Made by a program: the position numbers and the translations under genes
Shown here: positions 50,480 to 63,600 of the stretch, one piece after another
Layout: every line of letters starts with the position of its first letter
Numbering within the stretch: the stretch's first letter is position 1
Notes under the pieces: model-generated
Database searches by the model: none
What the model was told of the DNA's origin: nothing
Seen by the model: the letters and a program-made list of their open reading frames with translations, nothing else
Origin: Raillietiella orientalis
Lineage: Eukaryota
Assembly (NCBI GenBank): GCA_036172245.1
Contig: JAYWIR010000002.1
Coordinates: 7,130,001-7,194,000, forward strand
Length of the DNA: 64,000 nucleotides
Direction of reading: 5' to 3'

Positions 50480-51340
50480 GCCTGTCCGCGGCAACCCGCA
50501 GGGGGGGGCGTGTAATTCTTCAGTGTAATATTCTTCAGGATAGGGGGCACCCCGGGATGGGGTCCGCCCTATTGAATCCAGGAAGGGCTCGGAGTCCGTT
50601 CCTCTCACGCTTGGGGAGGGATCCCCCCCGGACGGGGGGATCTCACCTCCCACCCTGGTTGTCTCCGAAGGGGAACCCCGAAGGGAACTCTCCTTCCTCA
50701 TTCTCTCCGGAGGGACACTCCCCCCCTTGCGGGGTGGTGGTCCTCTCCATTTCAACTTCTCCGAAGGGAACCCGGAAAGGATCCGCTTCTAGGAATTTCT
50801 TCTCCGGAGGGAACCCGCAAGGGAACCGCTCCTTTATTCACTCCTCTGAAGACAACCCCCACAGGGGTGCTTCCGAAACTCAGAAGGGGCGCTGCAGCTT
50901 CCCGCAGGGAATCGCTCTCGCTTAGCTTCTTTCCTTTGTACACACTCTGTGAAGAGGCGACGACTCGGAGGGACCCCCCAACAGGGGGGTCCGTTCCTTT
51001 GAACGACTGGAGAGGTGCCCGTGAGGGCTCCTGCTCCATCTTGAAACCGAAGGCGGTCCCCCCGGTGACGGGGGTCCACTCTCCTTTGCACACAGGAGGG
51101 GGAACTCCCCACTCCTTTATTCCTGGGAGGACCCGAAGGTCGACTCCCATTGATCCGGCCTTCATCGGCTGGCCGCCGGCTTTATCCACCGCCGGGGCCA
51201 CGCCCGAATGTCTCGGCCAACCAGCGCCGTTGCAGGAGAAACTCGGAACCCAAACGACGCAATGGCATCAAGTTATCTGCCCAAGTATTCGAACCCGCGA
51301 CGCATGGTGCCACGCGCGGAAGCCTTAACCACAAAGCCTC
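50480..51340 (-). mobile_element. Family A 5' fragment with tRNA-like B-box
   Basis: Matches 34026-34300 (gaatccaggaaggg...ggagtccgttcctc). GCGGGTTCGAAT at 51287-51298 on the - strand. Confidence 0.7.
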
Positions 51341-51344
51341 CGAC

Positions 51345-51560
51345 GCGGGCCCTCTTCCGGAAACGGTGTGGCTCGCGCGGCTGCCAGATCCCGGTGTTGC
51401 GATGTCGTCCTCTCGGTCGGAGTCGGCAGCTCGCTGCGCCAGCGTCGTCTGGCTGCAGAGGCGCCAGACGGGTAGGCGATTCTTCTCGTCTTCTCCATAT
51501 CTCCTGAGCAGGCGATGGTCGCCGCCGCCGGCCGAGGTCGCACGTGTGAATCCGACCTGT
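51345..51560 (-). repeat. Diverged partial third copy of the inverted-repeat sequence
   Basis: ggaaacggtgtggctcgcgcggctgccagatcccggtgttgc...gccgaggtcgcacg matches 58166-58363 with substitutions. Confidence 0.85.
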
Positions 51561-51698
51561 GATGCTCCGATCCGTTTCCCTTCTCGTGCTCCCACCCCCT
51601 TTCTTGTCCCCAGCTCCCCTCTCCATCCAGCTTGATAACGACACGTCGATGAATCTTTCTTGTTCTTAGCGGGGAACTCTGCCTGCTGAAGGAGTGCC

Positions 51699-54600
51699 AT
51701 GCTGCTGCGCGTGGCTCCTCTGGAGAGCGAGAGGCTGCAGCCCCATCCTCCTGCGCTCCCCAGCAGATTCGTGAGGTTGGAGCGCACAATCCAGCTCCTG
51801 AAGATAAACCTCGTGTCCTTCCTCCGAGGCACCACGTTCCACGGGGTCTCGGAGTTCGCCAGCAGCCAAAGATCTCTCAGTTTCAAGCTGTTCTGGGGCC
51901 TGGTCATATCGGCGATGGTGTACATCTTCGTCTACCAGCTGCAGTCCATCGTGGAGTCGTGGTTCCAGCTCAGGGAGCAGCCGTCGGTTACCTACTACGA
52001 GAAGCAAGTGACCTCTCTCATGCTGCCCGTCATCACGGTGTGCAGCTCGCATCCGATAAGTAGACCGGGGGTCCTTGAGCTCCAGGAGAAGACAGGTAGG
52101 TGGTCACACCACTCCGGGATCGAGCTCGCGAGAGGGTCTCCGCCGGGGCGTCATTCCGCCAAACCCCTCCTCCGGCCCGTTGATGGAAGGAGGTGGGGGG
52201 ACTCGACTGCAGTTCGGCCGAATTGGCTGTTACCAGCTCTAAGACCCAGCAACCACCACATTCACCAGCGTTCCCCTCACCCACCCCGACCTTTCGGCGC
52301 GGCGCTGGGCGTCGCGGGGAGCCCGGTCCCCTATGGGAACCGGGAGGAGGAACGAACACCTGGCCTCTTTCACGGCTGTTCTGCTCTTGTGAACTCCAGG
52401 CGACGATCGGGAAATGCTGATTCATCCGGGAAGCGTTCCGCCGACCGCCTTCGCGGCATTCCTTTCCTCTTCGCCACCCTCCTGCTCCCTCGCCACGAGT
52501 TTGCCGCGCGCCCCGTTCCCGGTTCCTCGACGAGGAGACGCCCTCATTCGTCCCGCTGCTCCGCCACCGCTCACGAAGGGGAGAGCAGCCCGAGAGAGAG
52601 AAAGGAATTCACGGAATCCCGAGAGCTCTGCTTCCTGGACGGAACTTCGGAGCAGGCACGAAATTCGGGAAAGAAGCGTCCACGAGCGCACTACGGAGTC
52701 GCCAAGCAACCCGGACTGTCCCAAGTGCCCCTTCTCGCGTGGGCAGCATGAGCTCCGAGAGTGCTTTCCAAGTCAAAAACTGGCGGGGAAGGGGGACAAA
52801 TCATGACTGACCTGACCTGGAAGGGGGGGAGATTGAAAGCCGCGTTGGCAGCCCCTCGCGTGCCACCGAACATTGCGGGTTCGAATCCCTCCCGGGGCCA
52901 AGGATCGACGCCTAGAACGGGGCGCGCCGCTGGTTCCTGCAGGATAGAGCTGGTTGGTCTCCGTTGTCTTCGGGCGTGGCGGCACTGGTGGGATCCCCCG
53001 CTGACTGACGTCCGGGATTGGAAGTTGACCCTCCGGGGTCCCTTCAGTGAACAAGGAGTCTGTTGCTCCCGTGGTCCCTCTCTGGGTGTGAATATGGAGC
53101 CGTTACCATGGGGCCGGCTGCTACTCGCCCTCGGGGATCGCCTCTTCAGAGTGTGGACGCTCCAGCGTCCCTCCGGAGCCCTCTTCAGAGGGAGCGATTC
53201 CATTGCGGGCGCCCTCCGGAAAAGAAATTCTTGGAGAGGATCGTTTCCGAGGTCCCCTTCGAAGAAGCAAGATAGCGGGGTCCCTGCGGAGAGAACAAGG
53301 AAGGGGTGGTTCCTTTTTGGGGCTACCCCCTCCTAGGAGTCGGGGAGGTACGGGATGCTTCCTCCCCGACTCCTGGATGTCCCTCATGGATTATGGGGTG
53401 ACCCTCTCCCAGGGTACCCCCTAACCTGAAGAGTTGACACGCACTCCTGGGTGTCGTGGACAGCATTTAAGAGCTTCGCGATACCCTGAAAAGGCACGCG
53501 CACGGTTCTTGGAGTACCAGGCGAACCAGAAAAAAAGACGGGAAACAGAAAAACAGCAGAGATCCCGGAAGGACTTCCGTCTTCTCTGCCTGGCTGCTGT
53601 CTGCATTTCATCCTCGTTCAGGGAGGTGGTCCCACGGTGACGTGTCTCTCCATCAAAGCGTGGAAACCTGCCCGCGGCCTCCGGCGGGTTCTCCCTGTTG
53701 GGGGAGAGCAGGGCCATTTGCTCCCTGGCGCGCCTCCGTCCCTCGCTCGAGGGATCTCCGGCTGTCTTCGTCATTTTCCCGGTTCCGCGATCCTCGGGGA
53801 TTCTGCGGCGATGCCTCGGGTGGGAGGCCGCTCCTCCTCCTCTGGAAGGAGAGGAAAAGGAGGAGGAGGTGAAGAGGTGGGAACCCTCTCCCCCGCTCTT
53901 CCCTCCTCGCCTTGCCACCTCCTCCGGAAGATGCTCAGGTTCAGGCGGCGCTTGAGAACTTTTCCTCCTCCCCCCACTTTCCTTGCTGAGGCATCTCCGG
54001 TTCGGCTTGCCAGTTCGTTGCGCCTCCCTGGAGATCGTTTTCTTGCGGTCCCAGCTGTAGTGGCCAAAGGAAGGGCGAGGTCAGGGACTCCTCTCCTAGC
54101 GCGCACCACCCTCCCACACACGAGCTCGACAGCGTCCCTCGTAGGTGCTCCCCTCGAAAGCAGTAAACTGAGCCGTGCACACCGCACGAACTTTCATCGC
54201 TGGGCGAAAAGGAAACGTGCCGGGACGCGCGCGTTCTTCGGCTCCCCTCGAGCTGCCACCGGGTGCACTCCGACGAAGGCAAGCCATCGTTCCTCGAGTC
54301 GGACAGTGAGTGGACTGGAGGTGGGTCCAAACCGCCTCCCCCCCCTTCCGATAGAGAAGGTTCGATCTTGACAGCGAAGATGACGGAGAGTCTCCAGGCA
54401 GCCGCTCGCAGCCGCATGCACGTGGTCCGCGGAACGCGAGCGCGAGCGGACAGATCTCTCGCGCGCCTTCCTGGACTCCCTAGAACGCGCAGCGCACTCC
54501 AAGTGCCTTCAGGGCAGACTGAGGCGCTCCCTGATGGGAATCAGCGTTTCTCCAGCAGAGCAGGGAGGGACGGCCCACTCTTCAGTTACGTGCGGCGGCC

Positions 54601-57600
54601 TACGAGGGAAAGTCTTGAGGGTGAGTCTTAGATCCAGGCATCGCCGGCGTCCTCCCTGAATTTTCCGGGACTGAGTACAAAGGCCAGGACCCTCGGCGAA
54701 GAGGACAGGTCTTGGAAATTCTCCTCGAGGGAGATCTCTACACGGAAGAAACCCTGTCCCTCACGACAGCAGAGGGAGAGGGCGGGCAGGCACTGCCGGA
54801 GACTTCGAACTCCGTTCGGGCGTCTGGAATCTCCAGGAAGGAAACCTTTCGGATCCACACGCTCAGCGGGGCGGGTGGGGTGGGGGGGGGGGTGGAAGGG
54901 CTCGTGAAGCGGAACGGGAGCCTCCGAACAGGCCAGGTCGCAGGAGGGAGGGGTCGACCGGTCTCTCTTCCCCTTCTCGCTTTCCCGGCGCCCCGGTTTC
55001 TCCTGGGCGAGAGCGAGCTGAAAATCCTGCCGGAATGTCTCCGTTGTCCTTCTCTCGCCGCGCTGCCGACGGAGGCGCCGGAAGCTCGTTTCCCGTGACC
55101 GCCGCGCGCGCAACTCGATCCGCTGATCGATAATCCCGGGATCCGATACCAGAGACCGCGCGAGACACTCCCTGCGCGCTTTCCTCCTCCAGAAGGTCCA
55201 AAGATCGGAAATTCCCCGTTGGTCTCGGGCGACCTTCTCCGGGAGCGCGCTGGTTTCGGTTTCCCTCCGTCTCCTGAAGCAAAACAGAAATGAAGCTGCT
55301 GCTGTTTCTTGCAAGCTGCCGATGGCCAGAAAAAATTTTACGTGGACGCCGCGTGGCGACAAGAACCAAAGTTTGAACTTTCTGTAGACTCTTCTAGCAC
55401 ACTCTTCTAGCACTCTTCTGATAGCGGAAGAAACTTGCATTGCTAGATGATAAGCAACCTTTCAGTGACATCGTGATCTTCCAAAGAGCACCCCGTTTCC
55501 TTCGCTCCAGAGGAAGAGCGCGGAACACCAGAGTGTACAAACATTCTAGGTAGACGGCTCTTGAGACTCTTGACTCAAACACCTCGAATGCTAATCAGTG
55601 GGACGAATGCTACGGCCGTAGATTCAAGAGCCCGCTGCACGAGAGAATCAAAGACTCGCTCTTGCCTCCTCCGTTCCGTAGGTTACCATCTTCCTGGGGA
55701 CCTGGTGTCTTATATGGCAATCCCAGCATTGGCGTTTTACACCACGGACTCCTTTCTGAAGGATCGCAAATCGAGAAACCATTTTGACCTGCTCTACCAT
55801 AACCTGACCCAGCAAGCTAACATGAACGTGGAGGAGATTTTCAGTTACATCAGCATGAGGTAAGAAGGGTTTAAGTTTGTTTTTTCTGGAGGCGAGATCT
55901 GCCTGCTGAAATTACTTCGCCGCTTCCCGTGTTTCGCGGTTCTTTAAGCGTCTCGACTTTTTCCCGAAGCGCAGCGACGGAAGGTTATTCGCCTCCCTGC
56001 GACAAGAACGCCAATGAGATGCGCGCGTTCCAGATGCAAAGGTTTAAATGCCCAGAGGATAAACAGAAGAGCCGTTTTCCTGCAGAGCAAAGAGGAAGGG
56101 TCCGCCGTTTGCTACGTGAGGCCTATGAATAAAAATCTGAGAGGATGGCTTAGTCCAGCATCTCCTGATCTTCCGGGAGTGCAGCTGATGACCAAGACCC
56201 TCGGGAGAAGAGCACAAGTCTTGAAATTCTCCTCGTAGAAGGTCACCTGGGAGATTTATTGTCCCTCATGGAAGCAGGGGACGAGGGAAATCATCAGAGG
56301 CTTTACTCTGGAGCATCCGAATGAGCTCCTTTTCGTTCAGATGTCTAGAAGCTCTAGAAGAAAACTTTTGGTCCCACAGCTCAGCGGAGCGGGAAGAATG
56401 CTCTTGGAGCGGAACGGTGCCTTCGAACAGGCCGATCTGCAGAAAGGAGTGGTCCAGCAGTCCATTCGCTTCTCTGTTTCCTCTCAGTATATTCGCTCCT
56501 TTTCTAAAAGGAAGCGAAAGAGTGCAAATGACCGGAACAAACACGTAGTTTCTCAGGCTTCAGGAAGAAAGATCTCAAGGACCTCGTTGCATACCCCTGT
56601 CTTTTCGAGAATAGCAGCCTGGTTTCATCCAAACAGAGGAATGCCATGAGACCCCATCCTGAAGAGCGTGCCAATCGCTGAATTCCTTGAGAAGAATTGA
56701 CTTCATCGGCAGGTTCATCTGCTTGGTTCCATGCCAATGAGAAGGGAGGTCGAGTGCTTTCCTCCCTCTTCAAGACTATCGACTGCAGGAATTCATGACT
56801 TCGTTCTCATCATGGCGACCGTTCGGACCAAGTCATCACCTTCCGAGGAATTGATGCCAGCAAACCAGGAATTCCATTCCTGGCACGTTCTGCTGCAATG
56901 ACTGCACGGCTCCCTGTCGGGTTTCCAGGTGGCAAAGCCAACCCTTGATGACGCGACGGAAGGGTGGGCGAAAGGAAGGCCAACTGCTGAAAGTGAACCC
57001 GAGATGAGTGTAACCCGTGTAGGGATCCCTGCCTCCCTGTCTCCAGCCTTGCTGTTCGAAAGTTTCTGAGATGAGAGCGCTAGGAAATCTCAAGAGGGAA
57101 AGTTCGGTGCTCCAGACGCTGCGCACATGCAAATCCAAGGAGGCGCATGCTTGGAGCAACCGCGCAGTTCTTCAACTAACGACCATCGCAGGATTTTATT
57201 TTTTTTATCCACGAAAAACAGGGCAGAGTTGGCATGGAAATTCAATGCGTCTCAAACTATGGAAAGATCAGGAAGAAAATCATGACAGATTACAAATCAT
57301 TTTTTTTAAAACAAAAACAAAAACAAATGAAGTATTTATAAAGAAAAAAGAAGGAAAAGAAAGTCAGGAAAATAAACCTCAAGAAGGTTAAGAATTCTGG
57401 ACGAAACCCTCTGATGCAGCAGAAAGCTGAAGTCATCGCCGACGTAGCCAGAGAGACCATCACCCGGTGAAGAAGCGTGGACGATTTTCGAAGCAGCACG
57501 CCGCCGCGTGCCGAAGAACATGATCGGTGGCTGTGTTGAGCTTGGAGGAGGTCCCTGAAGGACCCCATGTGATTTCACAAGAGTCACATGGGTTTCCGAG

Positions 57601-60600
57601 GACTTCAGCGCACTGAGCCCTTGAACATCGTCAAGGATACTTGCTTTCATGGGCCTCTCTGCGACACGGAAAGCCATCACTGTTGCCTCTGCAGCATCTA
57701 TTTTTTTTTTGTCCTTTTTTTCTTTACCCTAGAAAACGTCTTACGACGTCAGTAGGGCTACCAGGAGAATTGAGTGCATGGAAGTTATGACCGGAGGTCG
57801 AGTGCCTCACGGCACGAAGGAATCCAAAAGTCGACCCGGAATCATTAAGATGTGTGACTGGTGGCCAACAACGGTTGGCCACCTCGCGTCTCGCGGTACT
57901 CTTTTGGGTAAATCAAATAAAAACGAGATGCGGAAAATGGAGCAGGTGATCTCTCCATCTTCTCCCCTCCCCTCCCTTCCGACACTCTCAATGAGGATAC
58001 TGGGAAAACCGTTAAAGCTCCAGCAAGCCGACTCTTTTCTTCAGCTCCGCCCTCTCCTGGGGAACCCCAAAACCCGGGAGCCTTCACGCCCTTGCCGAGT
58101 AGTCGCAGGGCAGGCGACGTCCAGCACGATCCCTCCCTTCCGCCTGCCGCACCGAGCCCACTTCAGGAAACGGCGTGGCTGGCGCGGCTGCCAGCTCCCG
58201 GTGTTGCGGTGTCGTCCTCCCGGTCGGAGTGGCCGGCTCGTCGCGCCAGCGCCGTCCGGCTGCGGAGGCGTCATCCGGGCAGGCGATTCTTCTCATCTTC
58301 CCCGCCTCTCCCGCACAGGCGATGGTCGCCGCCGCCGCCGCCGCCGCCGGCCGAGGTCGCACGGGCGAATCCGACCCGGGATGCGCGCGAATCGAGAGGG
58401 TCGCGTCCGCCGTCGAGTCGGAGATGCGTCGTGCGTGGCAACGCACGACCTGGTCTTCGGATCCCGACACGGATGCTCTTTCCACGAGGGATGGGGGCGC
58501 TCCACCTTGCGCTGAGTTGCGCGCGCGTGGGCCTGGAGGTTCGTCGGCCGCGCGTCCGACGCCCTGATGTCGTCGCCATGGGTCCCTTCTCTTCTTGACG
58601 TTCCCCTTCACTTGGAATTGCCAAGACAACAACGGCGTGCTTCCGCCGGCGCTGCTGGTTGTCTTGCGCGTCTCGCCAATGACCTCCGGGGAAGTGAAGT
58701 TCCCGATATCCGAATGCGCTCGCGATGCCTTCAGCAGCTTCCTCAACACCCACGTAATGCCCTATGGGTCAAAGGTCTTGCAGTAAGGATGCGGAGTCGG
58801 CGGCTTCGAAACAGCTGCCAACTATCGATTTACTCTTGATTTTCATGTTTTAAGGAGGTAACCCTGGAGGGACCTCCCTGTGGATCTAGGAAGGGCTCCA
58901 GAGGAAGGGGTCCGTACCTATCCCGCTTGGCAGAGGAGGAAGGCCAAAGGGAACCGCCTCTTCCCGATTTCTCCAGAGGGATCCCCCGGAGGAAGGGAGG
59001 AACTCCTCGTTTCTCCTCCGGAGGGAACCTCCCGGAAAATGTCCGCTCCCTGTTTTCTCCTCTTCTGAATTGAATCCCGAAGGGATGCTTCCCGATTTCT
59101 CTGGAGAGGCGTTCCCCAAAGGGGGCAGCGCGCTTCACGCTCTGGAGAGGTGTGAATCAGTCAGCTCCATGCGCGACGGAGGGTTCTTACATAGGGGAAG
59201 GGGACGGCCCCGACCGGAGATGAACAACCCCAAAGTGAACCGGCTCCTCGATGTCCTGAAAGGATGCTGCAGGGTCCACTCTCAATCCCGGAGGCCGGTC
59301 AACGGGGGCGTCCGAGGGTTTCCCGTACCGCAACCGAAGCTAACCGAGACCAACCAATGCCATCCCACGGGGAGGAGGGGGACTCACGACCCAGCTCACC
59401 CTCTAGGTGTGGAGCCTTCCCTGCCCGAAATTCGAACCCGCGGGGCCTGGTGCCTTCTCGCGCAGAGACGTTACAGCCTCCAGTGCGGATAAAGCGCTCC
59501 GGGGAGGCTCCACCCGCCCACCAAAGCGCCCGCGTCTCCGCGCGAGTGGCGTCGCGCAGGCTCCGTCGCGATGGTCTCTGGGTCTCGTAAGGCTTCCCCG
59601 GAGACTCCCCTCCGTTGTTGAGCGGCGCTCTGACAGCAAAGCTGCGTCCCTTCCATCTCATGGGAGCCTATCCCGTCCCTGAGGTGAGAGCCACGAATTG
59701 GAAGCTCCCCTCTCCCCCCCACCCCCATCGGGGAGACGCGCCTGGCGCCGCATCCGTTGCCTCAGGCAGAAGTTTGCTGGTCCCTTCGTCTCCTCCTGCC
59801 TTCTCCCTGCGTCGGGTGGTCAAACCGGGGAGGGTGTGTGCGAAGCACCCCGGAAGTGACTTCCGTCGAAGGACTTTCCGGCAGCTGAACGCGGCTGGCG
59901 GGAGAGCACCGTGGAGCCACGGATGCGAACTTGGAATCATGGAACCCTCGCTCCTCCTCCACAGGGGGCGCATCCAGCCGACCCTCTTCCCCTCTTTTCT
60001 CGAACCGATGCTGCTCCGTGACAACGGCGAGAAAAAGAAGGGGAGAAAGCAACGCTGACTGCTGGAGGCTTCTCAGTGAAGGGCTGTCCTTCTGGAGAGA
60101 GCCGTCCGTATCACCATGGGAACTGCGCCTTCTCTCCCGCGGGACGCGCCTGGTCCCCGTCACGTTTCCAGGAGGGTTCTCCGCGAGGTCCTCACGGGTC
60201 GTTGCCCTAGTTTTCGGAGCGATTGCCTCGCGGGGCGTGCCTGGCCAGGGGGCTGAAGCGCTCCATTGCTTCCAGATGCGAAGAGTTCATCCTGTCCTGC
60301 AAGCTGCCCGGAAAGAAGTTGATGTCCTCCACGGAGTGCTGCAGGAACCTCTTCAACTCAGAGGAGATCACTATCTACGGCCGTTGCCTCTCCACCAGGA
60401 ACGTCATGGTGGAGCAGTACAACACAGGCCCGAACCACAGGCTTCAGATCCGCTTCCGTTTCGAATCGGGAGCCTGTAAGTTGGGTCAGGAAACGGAGGG
60501 GGGGAGGGGACGCGAAGGACGCGCGCAGCTCGACCCCCCCCCCTTTAATGAGTCTTCTCCGCATACGGAGAGGGTGCATCGTCTCACTGGACCCCTTTCC

Positions 60601-63600
60601 CAGGGCTCGGTTACCGCATCCTGAATTACTTCTCCCAGGACATGGAAATTCCCATTTACGTAACCCACAAGAACATCAACCTGTTTGTCTCCGAAGCTAC
60701 GCTCTCCATCATCCCGGAGTCCTACAACGAAGTGCATCTCATAGAACGAACGGTACGTCTTTGCCGCGGCGGCGCCAGAGAACGTGCCGGAGGCGCTGGC
60801 AGGGAAAGTTGGGAACTGCCGAGTTGGGAGAACCAGGCAGTGTCCCGATTCTTCTTCGCGACTGCCCAGCGGGGGTCGATTTCCCGGGGCTCCTTCCGCG
60901 GCTCCGAGCAACAATCGAAGACGACGTGCCCGCGCTCTGTCTGTTCCCCGAGCCCCCACTCCGACTGCCGCTGGAGTCGGGGCAGCCCTGCGTATGCCCA
61001 GCGCCCAGCACGCGGCCCTTCCGGCTCACCGGTTCGGGCATTCGCAACACCGGCGGGAAAGCGCCACCGGACGTCCGAATTGCAGAGCGGGTTGTTGCGA
61101 AGGTTCGCGCAGCATCCGCCCGTTCCAGAAAATTCCCCGTCCTTGAAGGAGGGAAGCCCCGGAACGGAGTGGCCGTGTTTTTAAGGGTTCCTTCCGGCGA
61201 GCTGACCTCAGCGGTGCTCTCTGAGAAGCGGGGAGAAGAAAAAAAAGCCCCCTCCCGTTCGCGCCCCGCCCTGTTTGAACAAACCGAAGCCTGGTGAAGG
61301 ATAGCGGAGGACCCTGGTTCGGATAAATCGGATCCCTGTCTCTCGGGAAGATAGGTGGCATCGAAGGCGGCCGGCCTGGCGAGGGAGCTGGAAATACCGG
61401 TGGGTACCAAGCCACGAAGAGAAGACGGCACAAAACAAGCAGCCCTCTTGTCTGCTTGTCCGGAGTCTCCCTCTTCTTCCTTCTTGTTGTTTTCGGAGCC
61501 GAATCCGTCGAGGTTCTCGGGAACGGAAAGGATTTCCGCAAAAGGAGCAGTTGTCAGAACGGGAGAGGCACTCCTCCTCGACGAAAGCATCACCGCTGAA
61601 AGGAAGAGGAAAGGAACCTACTCGAAAATAAATGGGTGTTAGGCTCCCAAGGCTGGGAGTAGCGAATCAGAAACAGTTTCCAGGGTGCGCAGGCATCAAG
61701 CCGCATTTCGGGGAGGATTTTTCCGTGTCCGGATGAAACAAAGATGACGACTGGGAGACCCGTAGCTCTGCGAAGACGCGTTCCCGGTCTGCAAGAAATT
61801 ATTTCGCACGGTCGATCAAGGGGCTGCGGCTGCTTATCTTCTTCCATGTGATCTCCGCACCCGTTTCGTATCAGTGCAGCTGTTCGTTCCCAGCGCGATC
61901 CCAGGATCCAATTGGGGTGCCACTTATCCCAAGATTCTGCCCGAGTGATTTACGAATGGAAGGGTTTCGAAGCGCAGAACGACTCATCTGTTGCAGAAAT
62001 TCGGAACAGAGAACGGAGAAGAAGAATTCTTTAGACGCAGAATGGGGAAGGTTGAGTAGGCAAGGACGGAATAGGGCTGTTTCGGCTTTAGGGAGAGGTG
62101 GCTTTGATGGCGACGAGCTGTCAAGAAAGGTTGCTTCCTTAAAATCCAGAGACCATGCCTGACCACCGGCCGCTAACGAAGATCGCCTTGTGAAAGCGGA
62201 AAGTCCCTGGAGAAGGTCGCGAAGAGAGCCTTGTGCTTGCAGGGAAGGTTTCTTGCCACAGGCATCTCTGCAAATGAAACGACCGCAAGAGGTCAATCCC
62301 AATTGAGGGCGACTAAAGAGCACGGACGCGAGCCTTTGGTGAAAGAAGACAGGTGACTCACTGCAGCGCCTCGAAGGTCGAAATTCCCAACGCTGAAATC
62401 CCGAATGTCGAAGGATCATAAGAAATAAATAATATTCATGCCTTTATTATATATATTGATATATGGATTGTAAAGATCATCAGAAATAAGCACATGTGCT
62501 TATTTTGTATATCAATATATATATTTTTATGTACACTTATATACGGATTTGTTTCAACATACACATTTATTAATGTTTATCAACATTTATTCTACATGTT
62601 AATATACAGTTAACATATTGTTTACTTCTTTATTCCATTCCATCATTTGTAATTGTCGCAATTATTTTTTTATTTTTCAAGTTCGATATTTTTATATTCA
62701 TTTCATACGTGTTTATTATATATATAACATCAATACGCACATTAAGCACATATATTTATTTTTTTCAATCTTCAATATATATTTATAATATATTAACACA
62801 TGTCAATATGTTAATAATGTTAATAATATGTGTTCCTGAATATCGATAAATAGTGTATAAAAATAAATTTGTGTATCGAATCTACACATAAACTATATAT
62901 TGATATACATAATAAGAATAGATACCTTTTTTTAATAATTTTCATAATATATGCACATATATATTATGAAGATTCATATATATATTTATTTCTATGTATA
63001 CATATTTCTATTCATAATGTATATTTATATAGATGTATATATATATTTCCAGATGTATGCATATATATATATATATTCCTGTTTCTCTCTCTATATATTT
63101 CCATATCTGTATCTGTATCTATCTATCTATATATTTGATTTACATATGTATTTGTATTCATAATATATGTATATACATATACATTTTTCCCTTATGATCT
63201 TTCGGTTTCAACATTCGGGATTTTGGTCGTTCTTCGTTTCGGAGTTCGGAATTTCCGACCTAACCCGAGGCAAAGTGTGGTCTTTTTGTTTGGAATCCTA
63301 GAAAATCGAAAAAACGGCTGTTTAATCTCGACATCATTCCAGTTACGTGCCATCCCTGATATCGAAAGAGTTTGTTAAAAGGGATGCGGAGTCCAGGGTC
63401 TTGTCGGAGGGATCGCTAATTTCCTCTTTAGAGTAATCCGTGCAGAAGCCTAAAAGTGAAGCTTCGACGACGGTTTTGAGGAACAGAGCGTTTGCTAAGG
63501 AGTGACAGTGGATGTTGAAACAAGAGAAGAAAGAAGGCGAAGGATCAGGATGGAAAGGCGAGCATTGGAAGCGGAAAGTGAGGAACCAGAAAAAATAGGG

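Noticed and set aside
51699..52751. 350-aa single-exon ORF
   Set aside because: Only the first 132 codons are channel-like. The rest is read-through past the donor at 52096.
52830..52900. Functional tRNA gene
   Set aside because: B-box present but no complete cloverleaf or acceptor stem. It is part of a repeat.
55388..55418. Short tandem ctcttctagcac repeat
   Set aside because: About 2.5 units, consistent with ordinary slippage.
56200..57700. Possible further LINE ORF1/APE relic on the minus strand (VGFATW-like), also 41.8-42.8 kb and 45.8-47.0 kb
   Set aside because: Similarity is too weak to support by eye and needs an HMM/RepeatMasker search.
47640..58753. Identical ORFs on opposite strands, suggesting duplicated genes or a giant TIR transposon
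   Set aside because: They only reflect the inverted repeat. There is no transposase, no TSD and no sharp termini, and the ENaC gene runs through the right arm.
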